A program made the position numbers and the translations under genes. Shown piece after piece: positions 38,714 through 46,162 of a DNA stretch of 64,000 nt (position 1 is its first letter; each line of letters starts with the position of its first letter). The stretch is from IMG/VR virus record IMGVR_UViG_3300037042_006844, positions 124,001 through 188,000 of that record; one strand, written 5' to 3'. The notes below the pieces were generated by a model, which worked only from the letters and a program-made list of their open reading frames with translations, ran no database searches and was not told where the DNA came from.

Positions 38714-40111
38714 ATGAATAAAAACATCTGTTTAACTACTGACAGCTACAAGCTAAACCATTGGAATCAATACCCTCGTAACACCGAGATTGTGTATAGT
38801 TATTTCGAGTGTCGCAAAGGAGCAACCTTCGCCGAAACCCCGTTCTTCGGGCTTCAATACATTATTAAAAGCCACCTTGAGGGCGCAGTCGTGACCAGGG
38901 AGAATATTGAGAAGGCAGCTAGGCTTTGCAAATTCCATTTTGGCGACGAGCGTTACTTCAACCGTGAGGGCTGGGAATACATCCTCAATAATTGGGGAGG
39001 TAAACTTCCAGTCGTTATCAAGGCTGTTGAGGAGGGAACTGTGGTTCCGGTCAACAACGTGTTGATGACCATTGAGAATGTGGGCGGTGCCATGACGGCT
39101 TGGCTCACCAATTTCCTTGAGACGATTTTGTCCCAAGTATGGTATCCCACAACCGTTGCAGCTTTGAGCCGTGAGGTCAAAAAGAATATCAAAGAATATC
39201 TTGATTTAACCAGTGAGGGCGGACTGCTCAATTTCGGACTGCATGATTTTGGGTTCCGGGGGGCATCGTCTTGGGAATCTGCTGGTATTGGTGGTGCGGC
39301 TCATCTAATCAACTTCCTTGGCACCGATACTTTGGTCGCGATGGAGGTCGCCATGAACTATTACAATGCAAACCTCGAAGGATTAGCATACAGTGTGGCA
39401 GCAACCGAGCACAGTGTGATGACTGCTTTGGGCAAGGACGGTGAGGAAACGGTCGTCGAGAATCTGCTCAATGAATATCCCACGGGTATTCTTTCTGTGG
39501 TCTCCGATAGCTACGACATCTACAATTTTGTTAACAACATCGTTGGACGCAAATTTAAGGATTGGATTCTTGAGCGTGATGGTGTGTTCGTGGTTAGACC
39601 AGATTCCATTACTCCGAGCCATCCAACTCCTGAGCAGGAAATGGTTTGGATTATGTGGAGTCTTTGGGACAATTTTGGTGGCATTATAAACAGCAAGGGA
39701 TTTAATGTTATCAATCCCAAGGTTCGTGTTCTTTGGGGCGATGGAATCGATTTGGAAGGTATCAAAAAGATTCTGTGTGCTGTTGCCGATGCTGGATTTG
39801 CAACCGAAAATATCGCATGTTTCGGAATGGGTGGCGGACTCTTACAGAAAGTCAATCGTGATACACAGCGTTGTGCATTCAAATCGTCTGCACAGTATCG
39901 CAACGGTCAGTGGTTTGATATTTTCAAGAGTCCCAAGGATATTTCCAAGGCTTCCAAAAAGGGCAAGCTCAAGCTCACCAAGATTGACGGCAAGTTCGTT
40001 ACTGTTGGTGAAAACGATCCCGGTGAGGATTATTTGAAGGTTGTGTTTACGAATGGTGTGCTGGTCAAGGAAATTGACTTTGCAACCGTTCGCAAGAACG
40101 CTGCTCTATGA
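38714..40111 (+). CDS. nadV: nicotinamide phosphoribosyltransferase
   Basis: TDSYK, LHDFGFRG, ATEHS, SVVSDSYD, RPDS, GDGI, FGMGG.L. Confidence 0.95.
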   Translation: MNKNICLTTDSYKLNHWNQYPRNTEIVYSYFECRKGATFAETPFFGLQYIIKSHLEGAVVTRENIEKAARLCKFHFGDERYFNREGWEYILNNWGGKLPVVIKAVEEGTVVPVNNVLMTIENVGGAMTAWLTNFLETILSQVWYPTTVAALSREVKKNIKEYLDLTSEGGLLNFGLHDFGFRGASSWESAGIGGAAHLINFLGTDTLVAMEVAMNYYNANLEGLAYSVAATEHSVMTALGKDGEETVVENLLNEYPTGILSVVSDSYDIYNFVNNIVGRKFKDWILERDGVFVVRPDSITPSHPTPEQEMVWIMWSLWDNFGGIINSKGFNVINPKVRVLWGDGIDLEGIKKILCAVADAGFATENIACFGMGGGLLQKVNRDTQRCAFKSSAQYRNGQWFDIFKSPKDISKASKKGKLKLTKIDGKFVTVGENDPGEDYLKVVFTNGVLVKEIDFATVRKNAAL

Positions 40112-40155
40112 ACTACCCACCCGCTAAAGCAGGCGGGTTTTCTGCTCCCACAAAG
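40108..40155 (-). mobile_element. 48-bp internally deleted mini-IS (both ends of the 59406-60706 family fused)
   Basis: atgaactacccacc.gctaaagcagg.gggtt matches 59406; ttctgctccc.caaag matches 60691-60706. Confidence 0.85.
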
Positions 40156-40167
40156 ATAAAATTGTGA

Positions 40168-40213
40168 AAATGGTCGGAATTCCTCCCCTTAGGGGTTTCC
40201 TTCCTCCAAAACT
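40168..40213 (-). mobile_element. solo IS end remnant with shortened hairpin
   Basis: aatggtcggaattcctcc...ggtttccttcctccaaaa shared with 18933. Confidence 0.7.
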
Positions 40214-40266
40214 ATGAAATGGATTAATCCCCTTGACTTCTATAAAATCTGTGGTATACTTTAGAT

Positions 40267-40401
40267 ATGAGTGAATATAAAATAAAAACTGTCGTTAATA
40301 TAGAGTTGGAAAAGGATCATGTTACTGTTGTGGTGTGTGAAAAAGCAGGGTATTTAGTTCATTATTTCTCATTCGACAATTCGATGGTCATTACTTGGTG
40401 A
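40267..40401 (+). CDS. 44-aa hypothetical protein (not in ORF track)
   Basis: TTGACT-N16-TATACT-N6-ATG; MSEYKIKTVV...VITW. Confidence 0.5.
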   Translation: MSEYKIKTVVNIELEKDHVTVVVCEKAGYLVHYFSFDNSMVITW

Positions 40402-40413
40402 AAACATAAACGT

Positions 40414-40962
40414 ATGATAAAACTCAAATTACAACAGTGTTTGTGGATCAATCTGGCGTTTCCAGAATCATCCAAACTGCAACAGCGTGGTATTGCCGAC
40501 AAGATTGAATCCGACTGCGTTGACATTATCAAAGCAAATTTCACCAATGTAAAAGCTGCTCGCAGTCGCAGAAGCATTGAAGATGTCACGGTGGAAGGTT
40601 GTTATGTTGACATCAAAACCAGCGATGAAGTTTTAATGTTCAAAATGCCCAACTTGATCAGCATTGATCGGCTTCACAAGTTGGATAAACCACTGTTCTA
40701 TGTGTTTGTTACCTATAACAGCATCAACAAAGTTATTCTCGACATTAAAGTGATGAACGTCTATGAATTGAACTGGAGCCAATTGCATATCCAAAATTTG
40801 GGTGTGGGACAGCTTCAAATCAAAAACATGTCGAGATTCATGAAAGCTGGTCCCAGCGCGATGAATGAGCAAACGTGGAAAAACACATTGAAACAACAAG
40901 CGGTTCTTTTCTACGACAAGCTGATCAAAAAAACAGAAATTCGTAAAAATAAATGGTCGTAA
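40414..40962 (+). CDS. putative PD-(D/E)xK restriction-endonuclease-like protein
   Basis: IED...VDIKT, MPNLISI.RL. Confidence 0.55.
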   Translation: MIKLKLQQCLWINLAFPESSKLQQRGIADKIESDCVDIIKANFTNVKAARSRRSIEDVTVEGCYVDIKTSDEVLMFKMPNLISIDRLHKLDKPLFYVFVTYNSINKVILDIKVMNVYELNWSQLHIQNLGVGQLQIKNMSRFMKAGPSAMNEQTWKNTLKQQAVLFYDKLIKKTEIRKNKWS

Positions 40963-40977
40963 TAATATAAAATCACT

Positions 40978-41958
40978 ATGAACGTGAACACTCTAAAGTT
41001 ATTTGCGGGAACCAGCAACGTTCCACTTGCTGAACGTATAGCTTCCAATTTTTTGAACTCCAAACTCGGCGATATTTTTCACCACAAATTTCCCAGCGGA
41101 GAAACATATTGCCAATTTCGTGAGAATATTCGTGGGTGTGATGTGTTTTTGATTCAAAGCATCACTGCTCCCGCCAACGAAAATTTGATGGAATTGTTGG
41201 TGATGGCGGATGCTGCTAGACGCGCCAGTGCAGACCGCATTACTGCAATCATTCCCTATTTTGGCTATGCCAGACAAGATAGAAAAGAGAAAAGCAGGGT
41301 GCCGATCACTGCCAAGCTCGTTTTGGACTTGATCGAAGCGAGCGGAATTGACCGTGTGGTAACTATGGATTTGCACAGTCCACAGGTCAGTGGCTTCACC
41401 AACCTTCCGTTCGACCATCTGACCTTTGAACCCGTATTGAACAATTGGATTAGAAACAAATACCATAGTTTGGCTTTGCGAGACAGTGTTATTTTGATGG
41501 CACCCGATGTTGGAGCCGTCAAACGTGTGGAAAAATACGCAACCACGCTTGGCACTGACTTTGGATTCATCAGCAAAAAGCGTGTGGGTGATGATACGGT
41601 TGAATTGCAAAGCATTGTTGGTGACGTGGCTGACAAGCACGTTGTTATCATCGATGATCTGACCGAGAGTTGCGGAACCATGATTCAAGCTGCCAAGGCT
41701 TGCAAACACAATGGAGCCAAAAATGTGACATGTGCGGTGACTCATGGAGCTTTCACGAATATTGGTGTGGAACGTTTGTGTGAAACATCCAGCATCGATC
41801 ATTTGGTTCACAGCAACACAGTGAATCATGCATGGGACACAAACATGGATATGTGCAAAGACCCTCGCAGCATCACACAGCTTGATGTCAGCATGTTGTT
41901 TGCCAAAGCAATCAGCAGCATTCACAACAACGAAAGCATCAGTGAATTATTTGTATGA
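40978..41958 (+). CDS. prs: ribose-phosphate pyrophosphokinase
   Basis: FPSGE, PYFGYARQDRK, DLHS, APDVG, IIDD..SCGT, THG. Confidence 0.95.
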   Translation: MNVNTLKLFAGTSNVPLAERIASNFLNSKLGDIFHHKFPSGETYCQFRENIRGCDVFLIQSITAPANENLMELLVMADAARRASADRITAIIPYFGYARQDRKEKSRVPITAKLVLDLIEASGIDRVVTMDLHSPQVSGFTNLPFDHLTFEPVLNNWIRNKYHSLALRDSVILMAPDVGAVKRVEKYATTLGTDFGFISKKRVGDDTVELQSIVGDVADKHVVIIDDLTESCGTMIQAAKACKHNGAKNVTCAVTHGAFTNIGVERLCETSSIDHLVHSNTVNHAWDTNMDMCKDPRSITQLDVSMLFAKAISSIHNNESISELFV

Positions 41959-42045
41959 TAGCAACATTTACTGATATATATTACCAGATACGCACATAAA
42001 AAGAAAGTGCTTGCAGTTTGATGGAACGGTGTTAAGATAGAAGTG

Positions 42046-42139
42046 TTGATGGTTCTTTGCATGGTGAGGGGAGCAGCCCTTCCAGAACATCTTTGAATGG
42101 CGGAGTCGCCTCGACCTAAAAATCGAATGCGACCATCGA
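42046..42139 (+). ncRNA. putative ~95-nt hairpin sRNA
   Basis: promoter TTGCAG-N16-TAAGAT at 42011-42038; nested pairings. Confidence 0.45.
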
Positions 42140-42148
42140 AAAGAACAG

Positions 42149-42177
42149 TTGACAGACAGAGCAAAGTCTGCTAAGAT
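42149..42177 (+). promoter_or_regulatory. tRNA array promoter
   Basis: TTGACA-N17-TAAGAT with TG extension. Confidence 0.75.
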
Positions 42178-42212
42178 AGATGAAGTTAGCAGTTGATTTT
42201 TGAAATTAGAAT

Positions 42213-42287
42213 GGGGTCTAAGCTTTAATGGTGAAGCAAGCGGCTTTTAACCGCTAGAAGACGGATCGTTACCGTCAGGCCCTACCA
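42213..42287 (+). tRNA. tRNA-Lys(TTT)
   Basis: cloverleaf, anticodon loop ct-ttt-aa, encoded CCA; atypical T-loop ATCGTTA. Confidence 0.85.
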
Positions 42288-42303
42288 AATTTACAGTTAA
42301 AAT

Positions 42304-42379
42304 GGGGTTATCGTCTAATGGCTAGGACGGGAGACTTTCAATCTCCAAATCGTGGGTTCAATTCCCCGTAGCCCTACCA
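42304..42379 (+). tRNA. tRNA-Glu(TTC)
   Basis: ggaga-ct-ttc-aa-tctcc, GTTCAATT, CCA. Confidence 0.9.
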
Positions 42380-42387
42380 TTTTCACT

Positions 42388-42610
42388 GTCAGGTCAATAA
42401 TGACAGACCGTTAGCAATAAGCGGTGTCAATGTGCAAAAAAATTCAAGTGGTATAGCACATCTGACGTTATAGATTCCACTTGATGGTGGAGGGGCGCGG
42501 AATAGCCCCCTAGACAAACAGATTGACGGATTGATATAATCGAAGGATATTATATCTAATGCAACAGATAAATCCGATATAATGGTTTGTCGAGAGTTTG
42601 ACATAACTCT
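42388..42610 (+). ncRNA. unknown multi-stem pseudoknotted RNA
   Basis: at least 8 helices including 8-bp loop pairing tcaagtgg/ccacttga. Confidence 0.6.
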
Positions 42611-42623
42611 ACAACAACATATG

Positions 42624-42699
42624 TCTGGTTGCGGGGATGAGCCAATGGTGTCTCGGTTATCCGATTGGATCGAGATTCAATAACCCTACAATCGGACCA
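42624..42699 (+). ncRNA. tRNA-sized CCA-ended non-cloverleaf RNA
   Basis: ctggttg/caatcgg stem + ACCA; no T-arm. Confidence 0.5.
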
Positions 42700-42709
42700 A
42701 TTTTATAAT

Positions 42710-42786
42710 TGCGGAATAGAGTTCTGGTGAACTCCGGTGTCTCATAAGCACTCGCTAGAAAAGTTCGATTCTTTTTTCCGCTACCA
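42710..42786 (+). tRNA. tRNA-Met(CAT), partly initiator-like
   Basis: ct-cat-aa loop; 1:72 mismatch; lacks 3 G-C anticodon-stem pairs. Confidence 0.8.
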
Positions 42787-42791
42787 ATTTC

Positions 42792-42885
42792 GGTTCTGTA
42801 GTTTAACTGGTAAAACCCCATACTTATAATATGGTAATCGCTAGATGTGCGTGACTTCTCGGTTCGAATCCGAGCAGAACCACCA
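42792..42885 (+). tRNA. tRNA-Ile(TAT) with long variable arm
   Basis: ccata-ct-tat-aa-tatgg, ~23-nt V region, GGTTCGAATCC, ACCA. Confidence 0.8.
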
Positions 42886-42949
42886 AATTTATGACGAACG
42901 TGTCATAAAAAAACAAAGTTACATTGAATTAATACTAATATAATAGAAT

Positions 42950-43276
42950 ATGAAAAAGATACTTCTAACAGTTGCAACCCTCTCTCTTCTTTTGACCGCT
43001 AGTGCGGTTGATACCAAGGAACTCTACGATTCACAATGCTCCAAGTGTCATGGAACAAATGGCAATGGTGTGACCAAGATGGGTCAAAAGCTCAATGCGA
43101 AGGATTGGACCGATGTCAAGATTCAAGCCGCAATGACCGAGACCAACATGGTCAAGGCAATTAAGGTGGGCATTAAAGATGCCGAGGACAAGACTCGCAT
43201 GAAGGCATATTCAGATATGACTGATGCCGATGTGACGAATTTGGTTACGTATATCAAAACCTTCAAAAAGCAATAA
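42950..43276 (+). CDS. class I c-type cytochrome, exported
   Basis: signal peptide, CSKCH, distal RMKAY Met. Confidence 0.9.
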   Translation: MKKILLTVATLSLLLTASAVDTKELYDSQCSKCHGTNGNGVTKMGQKLNAKDWTDVKIQAAMTETNMVKAIKVGIKDAEDKTRMKAYSDMTDADVTNLVTYIKTFKKQ

Positions 43277-43294
43277 CATCGTATATAACATCGT

Positions 43295-43624
43295 ATGAAG
43301 AAATCATTGATGCTCGGGGTTTTGATTCTCAGCGGAATGTTGTGTCAAGCACAAAACGCTGGAACCAACGAATTGTATAACAGCAAGTGCAGCAAGTGCC
43401 ATGCAAAAGATGGCTCGGGCAACACACTGATGGGCAAAAAGTATAGTGCGAAAAACTATACAGATGCAGCCGTCCAAAACAAGCTTACTGATGAAGCTTT
43501 TGATAAGTCCCTCAAAGAGGGTTACACCGATGCCGAAGGCAAGAAAGTAATGCAGGCTTTTCCAGAGCTTACGGCACTGGAGCGCAAGGAACTCATCAAA
43601 ACGATGCGGTCCTTCAAGAAATAA
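43295..43624 (+). CDS. class I c-type cytochrome, exported (paralog)
   Basis: signal peptide, CSKCH, distal VMQAF Met. Confidence 0.9.
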   Translation: MKKSLMLGVLILSGMLCQAQNAGTNELYNSKCSKCHAKDGSGNTLMGKKYSAKNYTDAAVQNKLTDEAFDKSLKEGYTDAEGKKVMQAFPELTALERKELIKTMRSFKK

Positions 43625-43643
43625 GATTGACATATCAATTTAT

Positions 43644-43716
43644 GCGGAATTAGTGTCATGAGGAGCACGGCTATCGACCAGATAGCAAGGTTGGTGCAAG
43701 TCCAAATTCCGCTCCA
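43644..43716 (+). tRNA. atypical tRNA-Gly-like (ACC)
   Basis: gcggaat/attccgc + T + CCA; loop cg-acc-ag; T-loop TGCAAGT. Confidence 0.65.
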
Positions 43717-43724
43717 CTTTTTCA

Positions 43725-43800
43725 GGGCTCTTAGCTTAATTGGTTAAGCAGCAAACTCATAATTTGTTGAGTGGGGGTTCGAGTCCCTCAGGGCCCACCA
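43725..43800 (+). tRNA. tRNA(CAT), probably Ile2
   Basis: gggctct acceptor, ct-cat-aa, GTTCGAGT, ACCA. Confidence 0.85.
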
Positions 43801-43803
43801 TTT

Positions 43804-46134
43804 CTATCCTCTTCCAACAGTTGTTATTGGGTATGACGTAATTCTCGCCCAGTCTATATCGAATTGTCGAACAGTAACAATGGTCGGCCAAATTTGGATA
43901 CCAAATTGATATCCCGTGGTTGCTGGCATGATATATGAACTGGTTCCGTATTGAATGCCATCGATCAAATAATGCATTTTGTTTGTAACGTTGTTTCTGA
44001 CCAATTGGAATTTATGCCAGCCATCATCACCAGCCGATCCACTTCCGTATTTCACAGACGTTGGGAATGATTGATTGATGCTGGCACTTCGCGCAGCATA
44101 TCTCCAAGAACCAGTGATGGACCCCACCGATCCAGTTCTTTCAAAATAAAATCCTCTGACTACCCCTGTTGCCAATATATCACTAAACAATCCGACTCGC
44201 ATTATATGATCTGGGGCTGTTTGAACATTTCTCATAATGGTTTCAAATGATCTAAAATCGCCCCATGCAATATGCATCGGTTGGGTTGGTGCCGCTATAA
44301 GCCCTGGTGTAAACGCACTCGGTGTAGTTGTGGAAGTGCTGCTTTGCCTTCTCAACACACCAGGATGCCCCAGCGTTGAACTTAGCGTGGGAAGCATTGT
44401 TCCGTTATATATATTCCAACCATCATAGACTTGGTCTGCCGACTGGTGCGCCGATAAAAATTCCCAAGATATATCTACAAGTCTGCTGGTATCTCTATAC
44501 CCCAACAAATAGCTAGCTGACGTGGCATTTGTGGCGGTTGTTGTGCTTGTTGCACTGGCAGCTTTCACTGCCCAACTGCTTGTGATTGGATACGTAGAAG
44601 CAGAAAGCAATCCTTTTTGATAATACGATCCGTGCTGACCATCGAGTTTATCAGAATCACTGGAATAGCTGCTGAAGCTTGCGGACGTTACATGTTGCGC
44701 CCAACTGCTTGTTATTGGATACGTTGAGGCTGTGTGCAGCGTTGTTCCACCTCCTGGTGCCCAACTTGCACTACGGGCATTTTCAGCCCAGCTTGAGGTA
44801 AACGGATATGTCGAACCAGTATGCAGTGTCGTGCCGCCTCCACTTGATGGTGCCCAACTTGCACTACGTGCTTGATTTGCATAGCTGGCAGTTCCAGCAA
44901 ATAATGATGCAGTAATTACTGAACAACTTATATGCCCCGCAACGTCCAGTGTATTTACTGGGTTGCTGACTCCTATACCAACTTTTCCGTTTGGTTGTGG
45001 TTGCCCAGTAGTCCCAGGAGTATTTGCGAATATAACATTGGCAATGTTTGTTTGATCTGGCGCAGTGTTTATGGCTCCTCGACCAATTGCAATGCTGTTA
45101 CCATACCCTCCTGTCGATGTATAATCTCCGATCAAAATTGAAGAGGAATTTCCCGCCGAGTTATTAACCGTGTCAGTCTGACCCGCTGCATAACCTATGA
45201 AAATGCTGTTATTTGCTGTAGTAGCCCCCGATCCAGCCCACGTTCCGATGAAATTGCTATTCAAAGCTCCAGTCGCCGAATCCCCTGCCGAATATCCAAT
45301 GAAATTGCTGTTGTATGCATTTGAAGCATTAGCACCAGCAAAGTATCCAATGAAATTGCTTTCATATGCGTTTATTGCATTAACACCCGCTCTGTCACCG
45401 ATGAAATTACTACGTGCGGCATGATCAGCACTAGAGCCAGCAAAGTATCCAATGAAATTACTGTCGCCCGCATCGGTTGAGAATTTTCCCGCTTTATATC
45501 CAATGAAATTGCTGGCTCTGACACTACCAGATGCGCCATATCCCGTTTGATATCCTATAAAATTGCACTCCATGGCATCGGGGGCATTATATCCAGAACC
45601 ACTTCCAATAAAATTGCTTTTGACGGGAGCACTTCCTGTATTGCTGACGATGTGCCCAATTAATATCAGATTTCCAGCAATACTGGCTCCCGTATTAATT
45701 TGAAGACCGTTGTTTGGAGAAATCGATGCGGATGCACTTCCACTTATGATTTTGGATGGATCGCCGCCGCCAGGTGCCCAACTTGCACTGTGGGCATGGC
45801 TTGAACTATGAGCATGGCTTGCACTGTGGGCATGGCTTGCACTACGAGCATAACTAGATGATGTCGCATTATCGGCTTTCAAAGCATGGCTTGCACTGTG
45901 TGCGTGGCTTGAGCTTCTTGCCCAGCTTGCACTGTGTGCATGGCTTGAGCTTCTAGCATAGCTCGCCGACACAGCGTTTCTTGCCCAACTGCTTGTGATC
46001 GGGTATGATGAACCAGTGCGAATTCCTGGTAGATTTACCGAATTGCCGAGTCCGTCATAATAGCTAGCCGATGCTATTTGCACCAACCGTCCATATGTGG
46101 TTGATATTTGCTTTCCTAGTAAAGAATAGTTCAT
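43804..46134 (-). CDS. fibre-like virion protein with SASWA and SNFIG repeats
   Basis: YPITSSWA/SASHA repeats, 17-aa SNFIGxxAG repeats, GKVGIGVSNP..LDV.G. Confidence 0.7.
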   Translation of the reverse strand: MNYSLLGKQISTTYGRLVQIASASYYDGLGNSVNLPGIRTGSSYPITSSWARNAVSASYARSSSHAHSASWARSSSHAHSASHALKADNATSSSYARSASHAHSASHAHSSSHAHSASWAPGGGDPSKIISGSASASISPNNGLQINTGASIAGNLILIGHIVSNTGSAPVKSNFIGSGSGYNAPDAMECNFIGYQTGYGASGSVRASNFIGYKAGKFSTDAGDSNFIGYFAGSSADHAARSNFIGDRAGVNAINAYESNFIGYFAGANASNAYNSNFIGYSAGDSATGALNSNFIGTWAGSGATTANNSIFIGYAAGQTDTVNNSAGNSSSILIGDYTSTGGYGNSIAIGRGAINTAPDQTNIANVIFANTPGTTGQPQPNGKVGIGVSNPVNTLDVAGHISCSVITASLFAGTASYANQARSASWAPSSGGGTTLHTGSTYPFTSSWAENARSASWAPGGGTTLHTASTYPITSSWAQHVTSASFSSYSSDSDKLDGQHGSYYQKGLLSASTYPITSSWAVKAASATSTTTATNATSASYLLGYRDTSRLVDISWEFLSAHQSADQVYDGWNIYNGTMLPTLSSTLGHPGVLRRQSSTSTTTPSAFTPGLIAAPTQPMHIAWGDFRSFETIMRNVQTAPDHIMRVGLFSDILATGVVRGFYFERTGSVGSITGSWRYAARSASINQSFPTSVKYGSGSAGDDGWHKFQLVRNNVTNKMHYLIDGIQYGTSSYIMPATTGYQFGIQIWPTIVTVRQFDIDWARITSYPITTVGRG

Positions 46135-46162
46135 ATTTAGAGTCAGTGTGTATATATAATTA

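Noticed and set aside
40999-41925. Long antisense ORFs (also 80-688, 12271-12939, 28387-29013)
   Set aside because: Shadows of well-supported genes on the opposite strand, with no motifs
42388-42699. tmRNA
   Set aside because: No GGGG 5' acceptor strand with G3:U70, no T-arm before the CCA, no convincing tag ORF
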